The notes under the pieces were generated by a model, which had not been told where the DNA came from, did no database searches, and worked only from the letters and a program-made list of their open reading frames with translations. The translations under genes were made by a program, and so were the position numbers. This document shows positions 38,151 through 50,456 of a DNA stretch of 64,000 bases, one piece after another. Each line of letters opens with the position of its first letter. The first letter of the stretch is position 1. The DNA comes from Octopus sinensis (taxonomy: Eukaryota), in assembly GCF_006345805.1 (NCBI RefSeq), contig NC_042997.1:196540001-196604000 (forward strand), written 5' to 3'.

Positions 38151-38847
38151 CATGTCTGGTCATTCAACAGATCATCAACGACCAGTGGTCATTCAACAGA
38201 AGTAAAGAATTTCAGAAATGAAGACAGGAAGTAAATGATGTTAATGCAGTCCATGAGAGATGCGGCTTGTGATGTGTGAGTTGTAGGGAATGAAGTGATG
38301 TAGAAAAATAAGGTAAGTTGTACTTTTTCTAGAACATCCATTATAAGCTGAATGAAACGCAATGTTCAGCTGTTTTGTAGATATTACCTAGAAATGGTTA
38401 TTGCAAAAGTGCATCTGTTTAGAATTCTTCTGACATTAAAAGGAATCTTGCATAGAAAACGTCTTCGATTCATCCGACAGTTAAAGGAAAAAAAAAAAAA
38501 AAAAAAGCAATTCGCCAACCTACGACAGGTATCATAAATATATATATATATATATATATATAACGATCAATTTTACGACCGCCCACTTCATCGTTCAATC
38601 ATTCAATGATATAACAGATACGACCTATCAATGTACAAAAAAAGCACATATACACATACATCTATAGACCTACACACGCACACTTACGTTAATGCATATC
38701 AACATACTTATTAATATTTATATAGCAAAACCTTCGTTTCTCTCCCTCTTTATCACTCACACTGTCTTGCTGTCTGTCTCTCTCACTCTGCATATACATA
38801 GAGATTTCTGCCTGGATCTTTTAATCCCTCCCTTTCTCCTTTATATA

Positions 38848-38943
38848 CAGGGTGTTCAAAAAGTCTTTCCACAGTGAATTTTTCGGTGAACGGATTATTT
38901 TGAAGGGACTTTGACCACCAAGATCACCTGATTTAATACCGAC

Positions 38944-38950
<7 letters not shown>
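38848..38950 (+). mobile_element. Internally deleted Tc1/mariner (maT-like) remnant
   Basis: TA|cagggtgttcaaaaag TIR joined to [23 protein letters not shown] (WPPRSPDL motif). Confidence 0.7.
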
Positions 38951-39001
<51 letters not shown>

Positions 39002-39122
39002 CGTATATACATACACATACGTATATATACATACATACGTGTATATATAAACACATACGTATATATATACATACACATACACATATATATACATACACAT
39101 ACACATATATATACATACACAT

Positions 39123-39153
<31 letters not shown>

Positions 39154-39300
39154 CATACGTATATACATACACATACGTATATATACATACATACGTGTAT
39201 ATATAAACACATACGTATATATATACATACACATACACATATATATACATACACATACACATATATATACATACACATACACATATATATACATACACAT

Positions 39301-39341
<41 letters not shown>

Positions 39342-39500
39342 TACACACATATATACATATATACACACATATATATACACATAAATATATACATATATAC
39401 ACATAAATACATATGTACACATAAATACATATGTACGGAAAAATAAATAAATAGAAGATTTATATATACATGCATACATAAATATATATACATACATACA

Positions 39501-39530
<30 letters not shown>
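38950..39530. repeat. Compound TA/TACA microsatellite with an internal ~155-bp higher-order duplication
   Basis: Landmark catacgtgtatatataaacacatacg occurs twice (~39033 and ~39190). Confidence 0.85.
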
Positions 39531-39535
<5 letters not shown>

Positions 39536-39654
39536 TGAGAAGATTGCATTGTTTATACCATTTATTCTTTTGAATAGTATCAGTGGAATTTTCGAAACAT
39601 GTGTAGAAAGTAAAAATACTTGTTTAAACCTGCGTTAACTCCATTTTTTATTCA

Positions 39655-39740
39655 TAGATATACATATATATATATATACACATACATATATATATATACA
39701 TGCATAGACATACATACATATATACACATACATACATACA

Positions 39741-39776
<36 letters not shown>

Positions 39777-39968
39777 CATACATACATATATATATACATA
39801 CATATATATATACATACATACATATATATACATACATACATATATATACATACATACATACATATACATACATACATATATATACATACATATACATACA
39901 TACATACATACACATACATACATACATACATACATACATACATACATACATACATACATACATACATA
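39655..39968. repeat. (TACA)n-rich microsatellite leading into a SINE B 3' half (39990-40195)
   Basis: Direct reading; B 3' half gttggtgtgtttacatccgcgtaacttagc. Confidence 0.85.
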
Positions 39969-40295
39969 GAGATAATACACATATATGCATATATGTATGT
40001 GTTTGTGCGTGTATTTGTGCCTCTGTGTTTGGCAACCGATGTTGGTGTGTTTACATCCGCGTAACTTAGCAGTTCGGCAAAAAACACCAATAGAATAAGT
40101 ACTAGTCTGACAAAGCATAAATCCTGCTGTCGATTTGTTCGATTAAAGATGGTGCTCGAACATGGTTATAGTTAAATGTCTGAAAGAATAAAAGTATATA
40201 TATATTTATATATATATATATATGGCAGACTGAATCGCCTTTTGCGGAGAGAGTTTGCATTACGCAAGGAGATATATAAAAAAGATAATTCTTAG

Positions 40296-40401
40296 CACAT
40301 TGAATTCCGATTTGAAAGTCATGATAGTCACCGATAACAATACGAGTAACATCACCAACAACAAAACGTTAATACAAATCCTACGAGATATCAAAGATGG
40401 C
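40296..40401 (+). CDS. Candidate exon E5 (106 nt, phase 2 to 0), xTLNSDLKVMIVTDNNTSNITNNKTLIQILRDIKDG
   Basis: GGC|GTAAGT donor, weak ttcttAG acceptor, only one open frame, four N-glycosylation sequons (NNT, NTS, NIT, NKT). Confidence 0.4.
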
Positions 40402-40492
40402 GTAAGTATTTTGCACACATCACTTTCTGTTTGCGTTTAAATCAAAATTTATCACGTTGCTACAAAAACGTCCGTAAAAATCATTCTACCAG

Positions 40493-40539
40493 CAGTATGA
40501 ACGCAGTCTCAGAGTTACCATGACGAAGTACACTGAAAT
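40493..40539 (+). CDS. Candidate exon E6 (47 nt, phase 0 to 2), QYERSLRVTMTKYTEx
   Basis: 91-nt intron after E5, tcattctaccAG acceptor, AAT|GTAAGT donor, in frame with E5. Confidence 0.25.
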
Positions 40540-40950
40540 GTAAGTCAGTTCACAAATAAACAACTTCAACAACAGGAATGTTTCATTGTCCGAAGATAAA
40601 TAAAATTGTCGGCCCCCCCCTCCCAGATAGTTATTGTTATTTCAAATGCTGCTAGTGTCAGTCGATGTTCTGAAGTGATTGAAATGATGCAGACAAATGC
40701 TGTCGCTGAAAAGGGATAATAAAAAAATGTAAACAGACGTCTGACTTCACCGTCGCCACCGTCGCTCTTAAATCCATACACGTATATCTATGCATATATA
40801 CAGAGAGAGAGAGAGAGCGACATTCATTCACACACACACAGATTCTCTCTCACTCTCTCTCTTTCACACACGCACGCAGTCACACACTCATATACACATG
40901 TATAACTCTCATATAATACATGTACGTATGTTTGTGTGTGTATATATATA

Positions 40951-40984
<34 letters not shown>

Positions 40985-41069
40985 CATATGTGTATACACA
41001 CACGCACACACACACACACATATATATATATACATATATAGATATATATGGATATATATATGTATGTAT

Positions 41070-41134
<65 letters not shown>

Positions 41135-41797
41135 GACACATGCTTAGCTGGTTATAACATTCACTTCGCAATTACAAACTCCTCAGTTCGATCTCACTGT
41201 GTGACCCCTATCTAAGGTAAATGTCCCTTTACTTTAATCTTCGAATCTTGGGTCATGCAAAATTTTTTGAGTGAAATTGCGTGGACGGAAACTGCACGGA
41301 AGCTCGTTGGAGGGATTGTACCTTCAATTCAAAGACCCAACCTTCTTACATGCTGCATGACACTGATGCTACTTAAGGATCATGGTAGGGGGTACACTTA
41401 TCTGAGGTATATTCAGCCATTTATACTCACTCGTCGCTAGTATATCAAGAACTACATTTTTCAATATAGTCTTCATTTAAGTATGTGATTTGTAAGATTT
41501 TTGTTTCTTATTTTCAGTGTGTTTAGTAATCTCTAACATGTCTGAAGGTGAAAGTGTTTGATGTTAAGAATAGACTTCACAATGATATCCGCCAGGCAGC
41601 TGATGAGAGACGTACACGTTCGATGTTCTTGTTGACTTTCGTATCGTGTGTTCTCGTATTTCTATGTTGTCCTTCATTGAAATTCTTGTTCTCATAACGT
41701 TGAACTTATATAAGGGTTCAAGGTCTCTTGTTTTATGGTGGTTTTGTTGTTTATATTATATCATAACACATAATATCGTGTTATACCACACATTTAA

Positions 41798-41980
41798 GGC
41801 GGCGAGGTAGCAGAATGATTCGCACGCCGGACAAAATGCTTAGCAGGATTTCATCCGTTTTTACATTCTGAGTTCAAATTCCGCCGAGGTCGACATTGAC
41901 TTTCATCTTTTCGGAGTTGAGCAATGGGGGTTGATGTTATCGATTACCTCCCTTGCACAAAATTTTAGACCTTGTACTTT
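41798..41980 (+). mobile_element. SINE family A, internally deleted
   Basis: Head and B box intact. Confidence 0.75.
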
Positions 41981-42103
41981 AAGGGAAAGGCTTATTATGC
42001 CATACATTAGCGATGCCTATTGTCACAGAGATTCTGATTCTGGTAAGGGTAATAATTGTTTTAAGGGTTTCAAGTTTTTAGAGGTCTTGTTGCCATGTAT
42101 ATA

Positions 42104-42435
42104 TCTTCTTCTTCTTGTCTTGAGACAGCATTCACCCGGGGTGGGTTGAGCTGGTTTCATTCATCCTCAATGCTGCATATCTCACAAACGCCGACCAGGC
42201 CTGGCGATTTGAGGCTAACAACTGCGTGATCCCCAACCAATCCCTATTCCAGCGGCGAACGCCGTAGACATGGGGGCCCAGGTTGGGTTCCAGATCAGCC
42301 TTGACTGTCATTAGCCAGGTTTTTCGTTGTCCACCACATCGCTTTCGCCAACCCTGTAGGGGAATTGGGGCAATTGCTTCGTAGATGAATTCTCCTGGTT
42401 GACGACGGAGAGCATGACCCAACCAACGCAGACGT
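42104..42435 (-). mobile_element. RTE-clade LINE 3' end
   Basis: RLRWLGHALRR..GWRKRCGGQRKTW..W..LASNRQAW; (GAA)n tail; 5' end in a microsatellite. Confidence 0.85.
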
Positions 42436-42593
42436 GTATGTGTGTATGTGTGTACATGCATGCATGCATACATACATACATACATACATGTGTGCAGCGT
42501 TCTAAAAGTATCAAACTTTATTTTTCCCGCTAAAACTAATGCCGCTTGGGTGAAATACTTTGGATGAGAAGTGACGCCACCCTTCCTGCGCAT

Positions 42594-42634
42594 GCGTAAG
42601 AATTTTCGAGCCGGTAGGCCTCGTCAGTTCCCGG
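42594..42634 (-). ncRNA. Minimal type I hammerhead motif, intact core, weak helix I
   Basis: Minus strand gggaa-CTGACGA-GGCC tacc GGCTC-GAAA-ATTC-ttac; palindromic AATT helix III; AATAAA and microsatellite ~80 nt downstream. Confidence 0.45.
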
Positions 42635-43069
42635 TCGTTACGCCTAGAATACACACAAATTAGCAACATAGATACCTCGTGCATGTGCGTTCAATTTAGT
42701 TTATATACCTCGAATTACTTCTAATTTCTATTTGAATATATAGTATATACACATATTAATTAGCATTTTCCATTTGGTATGTATTGCCAAAATTGAAAAT
42801 GCTGTATGGCCGATTGGTTAGGAAGCTCTCTTCGCAATTATAAGAGAAAATATGTACCAGTCTCTAAAAAGGAAAAAAAAAAATCAAGGACTGGTATTGA
42901 TGCATTCGACCAAAAACTCTTCAAGTTAGTACTCCAGCATGGGCGGAGTATAATGACTGAAAGAAGTAAAAGGTAAAAAGACTAGAGAAAAATAATAAAA
43001 AAAAGGGGATGATACCGAAGATGTAAAACACAAATAACAAAGATACGACGTGGGAAGTAAGAAGTTGCT

Positions 43070-43120
<51 letters not shown>

Positions 43121-43865
43121 TTACAATTTAGCTTCTCATCATACAGACAGGATATATTCTTCCTTGATTGAAAGCAATATATTTGTGTGTAAATATTGGA
43201 TTAAAAATCTTTCGAAGAGAACCCGAGGGCTGTTCGTGGAACCCGAACACACGTCTCCCGTAAACAAAAAGAGAATCATATATTCGTTTAAACACAGCCA
43301 TATGTGTGTGTGTGTGTATAGTATTTGTGTGTATGTGTATTTGTGCGTAGTATTTGTGTGTATGTATTGATTGTAATTTTATTCATTTGGTTTAATATCT
43401 AATGCTAACGGAAACATTGTTTCTGTCTGTGGAGTTTGTAAAGTCAGGCTACATCCTCAGACACGATCGATTTAATAGCCATGCCAACAGATCGAAGTGG
43501 AAAGCAGATAAGAACTGGTACGAACATGTACCAAATGCCGTACATGTCAAGGATCTGGCAACACTAATACGGAACATACCCGATTGCTGTTGCCAAATTG
43601 ACAAAACGATCAATGTGAAGTGCTCACATGTAATTGCCAAAGCCAGAAACGAAAATCTCTGTTCTTTGATAGGCATCTTGATACTTTTAAACTGAAAGTT
43701 CGCCGGGCAAGAAATCGAGAAAGTATCGAAAATACGATTAGCTTGAAATGGAAATAAAGCAAAGGTGGGGGGTATGGAAGTAATAACAATACAAGTAACA
43801 CCTGGGGCTTTAGGGGTGATAAAGATAAACATGGACAAAAGTATAAAGAGTATACCGGAGCACAC

Positions 43866-44280
43866 AATAGTTCGTCCGTCGCGATCGACGATGACCAAGG
43901 ATATCCCATGGGAGAAGACGGGGCACGGTGTGTCCGCTGTGGCTAAGCAGTCCGATGTGTACACGGAAAGCTCTACCGCAGGTCGGGTATTGGTGGTTTG
44001 CTGGGGCTGAAGGCAAGGATTTGGCCCTGGACTTGCGTAGTTCGCGTTTTCTTTGGGCCCCTGCAATCCTGTTCTGTACGCAAGAGGTGAAACCTCTGTT
44101 GATGCAGCTTTGCCTTATATAGGGTTGTCTTATGCTTGATTTTCCCAACTGTCGGGTTAGATCTGAAAGCTCTTCATTGAAGCTTTGAGGGGCTCCTTGA
44201 AGCGCTTTTCCTGTCTACTTTGCTTACTCTTGCCTTTCGCCTGTTCGCTATTTCTTAGGGAGTCGCGTGGGAGGCATTAC
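43866..44280 (-). mobile_element. RTE/BovB-like LINE 3' end
   Basis: MPPTRLPKK..KRFKEPLKASMKSF..W; QNRIAGAQRKRELRKSRA..PTCGRAFRVHIGLLSH; terminal ggtcatcgtcgatcgcgacggacgaac. Confidence 0.85.
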
Positions 44281-44619
44281 AAGCACACATATACACAGTC
44301 CAAAAGAAAGCTCTGTTAGGTAGATACCACATCTAACGTAAGCCAGCTTAAACAACTCTTAGGCAACCATGCTATTATAGCATTATGAATTAACTCAATA
44401 AATACTTTGCAAAATTATGAGCTTCAAGGCGATCATCAGAGCTGCTAAAACTAACAGCTAAATCTCACTCAAATCACACCGTAAAGAGACGGAGTGATGG
44501 TCGTGGTTGGAATGCTTTTACTCATGGGGGTGATCCATTAGAGTTGATCTAGAGTCATACAACAACAACAACGCAATCCGCATACGTTATGCATTCGTCC
44601 TCCTCATATCATGATCCTT

Positions 44620-44812
44620 TCTGCTATAGGCACAAGGCCTGAAATTTTGGGGGCGGGAACAAGTCGATTTCATTAACCCAGCACTTAACTGGTACTTATT
44701 TTATCGACCAGAAAATGAGGAAAGGCAAAGTCGACTTCGGTGGAATGTGAACTCAGAAATGCCGCTAAGCATTTTGCCCGGCATGCTAACAATTCTGCTA
44801 GCTCGCCGCCTT
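44620..44812 (-). mobile_element. SINE family A, beta tail
   Basis: Reverse complement of the consensus. Confidence 0.8.
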
Positions 44813-44980
44813 ACCACTTCATGTAATAATACAATACAAATGTTTACATAATCAACACTCCGAACCACATTAACTATTGCTACCAACAATATAACATAAC
44901 CCACACAACTTTGAACATGCTTCATAAAGTCATCATTCGATATTTTAGCACGAACCATAAGTCACACAGCACATACTCTA

Positions 44981-45282
44981 TTGTTTGTTCCTTCTCGATC
45001 CACGCCTAGCTCATAAGGGCCGGGTTCCCGGTTTCCTTGTCGTACAGGTTCACCCACCTGGACGGGACGCCGGTCTGTCGCAGGTGAGCTGCAAGATGCA
45101 GGAGGAAAGAATGAGAGAAAATTGTGGCGAAAGAGTCAGCAGAAGTTTTGCCATTATCTTCTGCCGGGACCGCGTGAAGCTTAGATGTTTCGCTCATAAA
45201 CACACACATCGTCCGGTCTGAGATTCGAACTCGCGTCCCTCGACCGCAAGTTCGCTGCTCTAACCACTAGGCCATGTGCCTC
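44981..45282 (-). mobile_element. tRNA(Arg)-like SINE, head H2 + tail T1
   Basis: Complete element; perfect 16-bp TSD cacagcacatactcta (44965-44980 / 45283-45298). Confidence 0.9.
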
Positions 45283-46633
45283 CACAGCACATACTCTACA
45301 TAACCACAACTCAACAAATTAACACATTTCAAGTACTTATCAATATCATTTCCACCGTCCACATTTTACCATAGTCTTGCCACGCGTATTGTTTTAATCA
45401 AATAGAAAATAGCAGTTTGTAGAGTTAATTCTTCTATAAAGGCTCCCCAACATCAAGCCTTCTCCCCGTTTCTCCCTTATTGACATTCGCACGGCACAAG
45501 CAAGTCTCTCTTTGCGTCCAGATCTTTTATTCTACTAGCAATTATGTGCTAGTGTTACTTTGGTTCCCTTTCGCCCTGTCTTGATATAAATTAACTTCTA
45601 CTGCGGCATAGCCTCAACAGAATTTCGACCGATAAATATTTATACGTTTAACTAATTTTTCTTCCTACATTGACCATTTATATTTGCACACATCTAGCTT
45701 TACTACGTAAATCATCCTGTTGACAAGTAGCAGGAACATACTTTGTGTATTTTTCATAACATTTCCACCACGCAATGCAGACATTCACAAATACATTCAT
45801 GTTAACTGCTACAAATTGCTATCTACAACATTCCATGTTAAATTTCTATATTTAACATATAATCTCAAACAAAGAGCTGGGAAATTACTGTTGATTTATA
45901 ACACCAACAAAATCAGACAAGATCTAATTTTACTGTTGGTAAATAGAAAAAAAAACACAAGGAAATTATAGACAACCAATTTTCCTTGTTTATATCTATG
46001 AATTAGGAATTTCCCAGATACAGTTCATATTCTAGACGAAACAATAAAATGATACCAAGAACAACAAAATAATTACTAATAAGCGAACACAACAACCATG
46101 CAAAACAGATAAAACAAAAAATGCGATTCTAGATTCTCAAAACAATGATACACATAGATTAGGAAGCATCATAGCAGTATTTCGTCTGTCTTTACGTTCT
46201 GAGTTCAAATTCCGCCGAGGTTGACTTTGCCTTTCGTCTGATGGGCAGAAGAGATCCGGACATAGCTGTCGTAAACAACAACAACAAACAAACAAACAAA
46301 CAACAAGAACAACAACAATAAATGCCCTGATGCAGTACCAGTCAGTGGCTTTCATGCCTTCTTAAGTGATTGGAATTGTTATCATGTACGTTGTTTGTCA
46401 TGGTATAAAAGATAGGCTACAGCAAATATTCTGCTCAGTACCATAGATTTGCTTGTCAGTTGTTTGACGGTAACCAGTTGAGCATGTCCCTTAGTGACTG
46501 ACAATATGTGCATCTCTGATCACGAGCAGTAATCATGGGGAGCATCATAGCTATGTATTGAGGGGATTTTTTCGAAACCTTGGTGTTTCGTTCAACATCC
46601 TTAAACAACCATATTTCAGGGACCTTTTAAGCG

Positions 46634-46806
46634 GGAGGATCAATTAATTATGATTTTATTCAATATTTTCCCCTCTCAGATTCACACACTTATTGCAGCG
46701 GTCTTTCAGTTTTTCTATTCCCTGTAAAAGCACTCGGAAGGTTGGGCCTCCAATCAGAACTTTCGCGGCACCCTTAAAGCTCGGAACTTTTCAGCACCTA
46801 CTCGTA
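46634..46806 (-). mobile_element. Mariner-derived MITE (TIR + transposase C-terminus)
   Basis: TIR tacgagtaggtgctgaaaagttcc; encodes FLQGIEKLKDRCNKCVNLRGENIE*, a mariner C-terminal pattern. Confidence 0.75.
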
Positions 46807-46994
46807 TGCGGCATTTAAAAACAACATCTATACCAGTTATCATCGGAGTTTGGGGATAATACCAAACAGAACTCTTAAACATTATGGTCTAACATATAGA
46901 AACCCAGAACTACTAGAATAACTAAAAATTGTTTACAGGAATTCTGTCCATGTCTTAAGAAAAACATCGCTAACATGAAAATATTTAAATCTTA

Positions 46995-47178
46995 GGTGGC
47001 GAGCTGGCGGAATCGTTAGCACGCTGGGTGAAATGCGTAGCATTATTTCGTCTGTCTTTACGTTCTGAGCTCAAATTCCGCCGAGGTTGACTTTGCCTTT
47101 CGTCCTTTCGGGATAGATAAATTGCGTACTAGTTGCGTACTGGGGTCGACGTAATCGACTGGCCCCCTCCCCCAAAAT
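46995..47178 (+). mobile_element. SINE family A, beta tail truncated by a microsatellite
   Basis: Head, B box and central domain present. Confidence 0.8.
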
Positions 47179-47244
47179 ACATACATATATAAATACATAC
47201 ACATATATTTATATATATACATACATACATACACACATATATAT

Positions 47245-47420
47245 AGACACACATATATATATACGATGGGCTTCTTTTAGCTTCCGTCTACCAAATTCAC
47301 TCACAAGGCTTTGGTCGGATTGAGGCTATAGCAGAAAACACTTGCCAAGGTGTAACGCAGTGGAACTCAACACGGAACCAAGTGATTGGAAAGCAAGCTT
47401 CTTCCAACACAGTCACACCT
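47245..47420 (-). mobile_element. SINE family B 5' half
   Basis: cgatgggcttctt..ttccgtctaccaaattcactcacaaggctttgg. Confidence 0.75.
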
Positions 47421-47448
47421 GTATATACATGTATACATACACACACAC

Positions 47449-47491
<43 letters not shown>

Positions 47492-47494
<3 letters not shown>

Positions 47495-47613
47495 GGAGAG
47501 TCAAAAGTCATGAAGTATAAACTTGCAGTTTATATAACAGCTGAAACTACCAGATTATGCTCTCTGATCGCCTCGCCATATGCAGTCAGATTTCGTGATT
47601 TTTGTCCTACCCT
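47492..47613. mobile_element. Degenerate Tc1/mariner-type MITE
   Basis: cagggagagtcaaaagtcatg versus reverse complement tagggtaggacaaaaatcacg; set in (TA)n. Confidence 0.45.
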
Positions 47614-47620
47614 ATGTGCG

Positions 47621-47665
<45 letters not shown>

Positions 47666-49243
47666 CACGTGCGAGCACATAAGATTTGTGATTCATGCCG
47701 CAAAGCCGCAACATTAATTCAATATTCTAGTATTTATAGTTTCCTATGTTTTTCCGTGGTTGTTTAAGCTTTAACGATTATATTTGATTAATTTTATTCA
47801 GATATTTCCCTATTTGTATTCATATAAATCCGTATATATGCACGTTTGTAGCGAGAGAGAGAGAGAGCGTAACGGATAATCTTGACATGTATTTTCAAAT
47901 ATTATTTTCTATATAGGAATTAAGATTGAGGAAAATTATAATTAAATACAAATTTGGTTATTTTATTTTCTATAAATGCATGAAATGGAACAATGATGCT
48001 GTTTGAATGAAGCGAAACATAAAATTAAACACGAAAATAAGAGAAGGATAATTATAAACTATGAAGGTTAATAATACAAATATACAATATACATGAATAT
48101 ATAATATAAATATATAATTTATAATATGTATGAATATATGATATAAATACATAGGAATATATAATGATATAAATACATAGGAATATATGGTACTATGCAT
48201 ATATTACATATATAATAACATATAGGAATATACATATAATATTAATCATATATATGATATGATATATATATATATATATGTTATAATATGAATATTTGGA
48301 AATAAATCAATTCCAATGATTAGGTGTCTGAATATAATTTATGCTGTGAATCGAACAACACAATGTCCAAATCCACAAACATATTTAAACACATAATCTC
48401 ACCAACACCACCACACATACACGGATATATTTATACACAATTACCGTAATAAATTATTCAGAAATATCTTCAACTATCATATATTCTTAACAATTGTTTG
48501 TATAATTCAAAAAAGCGGAATTCTGAGGACCAATGTAATCTCTTACAACATGGCATAACCCTTTTGAATATAACATAACCCTAGCAGCAATCCCATAATT
48601 CTTTCGTATACAGAATATCCCTTTCCAAAAGTGTGTGACCTATCCGTTACAAAATCGCCCTTTTCATCAGTAAAACTCATTTGAATGCAATATAACCCGC
48701 ATCAAAAAGCCCACAATCCCTTCGTATACAAGATAACTGTTTCCAAGAGTATAAGTCCATCCATCACAATTTAAATCCTTCCGACAATAAAACTTCACTA
48801 TAATAATCCTTCTGTATGACTCTGCAACATATCGGCGTCCCGTTTAGAGCAATGTTGTCATATTGTCATCTCGTTCACTTATACACCTTGGAAATCGAGT
48901 AACTGGGTTTACGAGTCCTAGGGCTGAAGAAAACCTTCAATGAAAATGTAACCCATTCAACGACAATATAACTTTCCTACCGCAGCATAAATCCCTTCCA
49001 TCTCTGTACAAGGCATTCTACTAAAATACGATTCCACCACATTAAAAACCGTCCCTATTGAAATATAAAATATTCAACTACAGTATATTCTCTTCAACCA
49101 CAATATAAAACGCTCTCATCACATTTTAACGACGACTTAAATCATGTTAGAAACTATTTAGACAAAATATATACCCTGCCCCATCAAACTAACTACTTAC
49201 CACCGAAATAGAATTCCTTTCATTGCACCACATTCGGACAATC

Positions 49244-49313
49244 TACGACAGGCTACAGCAGGTTACGACAGGCTACGACAGTTTACGACAAGATACGACA
49301 AGATACGACAGGC
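49244..49313. repeat. 10-bp minisatellite, 7 units (tacgacaggc variants)
   Basis: Direct reading. Confidence 0.9.
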
Positions 49314-49539
49314 TAAATAATATATAGTAGCTTGCTCAAGGACAAAATCCAATGACAAGTCTAAGTTTTGAACCCACGATATTATTATCGCATCATCTTA
49401 CTCATTAGGATAAGTACCCTAACACGATAATTCAAAATGGAAGAAAAAGCATTGGAGAAATGGAAGAAAAAACAATGGACAACTAATTCAAATACTTAAG
49501 GATAAATACTCGACATCACGCGGCTGTAAAAGGTTCAAA

Positions 49540-49832
49540 GTGACACAATTGAGACAGCAAAAGACATCAACAGGATCAGTGAAGAAATAAGATGCAGACA
49601 ATGGAACTTGACTGGACACGTCTTCAGACAAGATAGAGAAAACGATTGTAGTAGCCTGAGGGGAAAAGCGCAGCAGGGCACCATAAAACTACACAGTGAA
49701 TGACCATTTATAAGGAAAGGAGACGAGAAGGGTGGAGAAGCTGGAATAAGATCAGAACAGCGGTACAAAACAGGGCTGGTTGGAGAAACCGTGTTGTGGC
49801 ATTTAGTGTCTCATGGCACGGAGAGAACTAGC
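49540..49832 (+). mobile_element. Decayed RTE-clade LINE 3' end
   Basis: ISEEIRCRQWNLTGHVFR..GWRSWNKIRTAVQNRAGWRNRVVA..SWHGEN*. Confidence 0.7.
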
Positions 49833-49959
49833 TAATATAAATACTGCAATATAAAAACCCCTCAACGATACACCCACCTTCACGCAACAGGAATTCTTTC
49901 ACCACGTTAACTTTAGGAAGCACTCCGTCGGTTACGACGACGAGGGTTCCGTGTATATA

Positions 49960-50170
49960 TATAATGTATTTGTGTGTCTGTATTTGTTCCCTCACCACCA
50001 CTTGATACTGGTGTTAGTGTGTTTACGTAACCGTAACTTAGCAGTTCGGCAAAAGTAACCAATAGAATAAGTACTAGGCTTATAAAGAATAAGTCCTTAG
50101 GTCGGTTTTATTCGACGAAAGGCGGTGCCCCAGCATGGCCGCTGTCAAATGACTGAAACAAGTAAAAAAA
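49960..50170 (+). mobile_element. SINE family B 3' half
   Basis: Consensus 3' half after (TA)/(TG). Confidence 0.8.
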
Positions 50171-50190
50171 AAAAAGAATTTAAAGACTGA

Positions 50191-50385
50191 AGGCGGTGAG
50201 CTGGCAGAATTGTTAGCATGCTGGGTAAAATGCTTTGCAGTATTTATTCCAGTTCTGTATGTTCTGAGTTAGAATTCTGCCGATGTCAGTTTTACCTTTC
50301 ATTTCATCGGGGTTGATGAAATAAGGACCAGTTCAGCTCCCACCCATCAAAATTTCAAACCTTGTGCTTATTGTAGAAAGAATAT
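50191..50385 (+). mobile_element. Degenerate SINE family A
   Basis: ggcggtgagctggcagaattgttagc..ttctgagtt. Confidence 0.65.
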
Positions 50386-50456
50386 CATATGAAGACTGAT
50401 TCATATGACAATAGCTCTGTCATTGATTTATATTATTTTTGTGACTTTTTAGCCCA

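Noticed and set aside
42571-42596. CRE half-site, ETS and NRF1-like TGCGCATGCG suggesting a promoter
   Set aside because: It lies directly beside the hammerhead motif in a probable Penelope-like remnant, with no TSS evidence
43449-44066. 205-aa minus-strand ORF, the longest in the track
   Set aside because: Its first part is an off-frame reading of an RTE 3' end and the remainder has no recognisable domain; not called as a gene
46322-46630. Repeat-like segment with an (AAC)n end, possibly a LINE 3' UTR
   Set aside because: Single copy in the window and no coding motif, so it cannot be supported from this sequence alone
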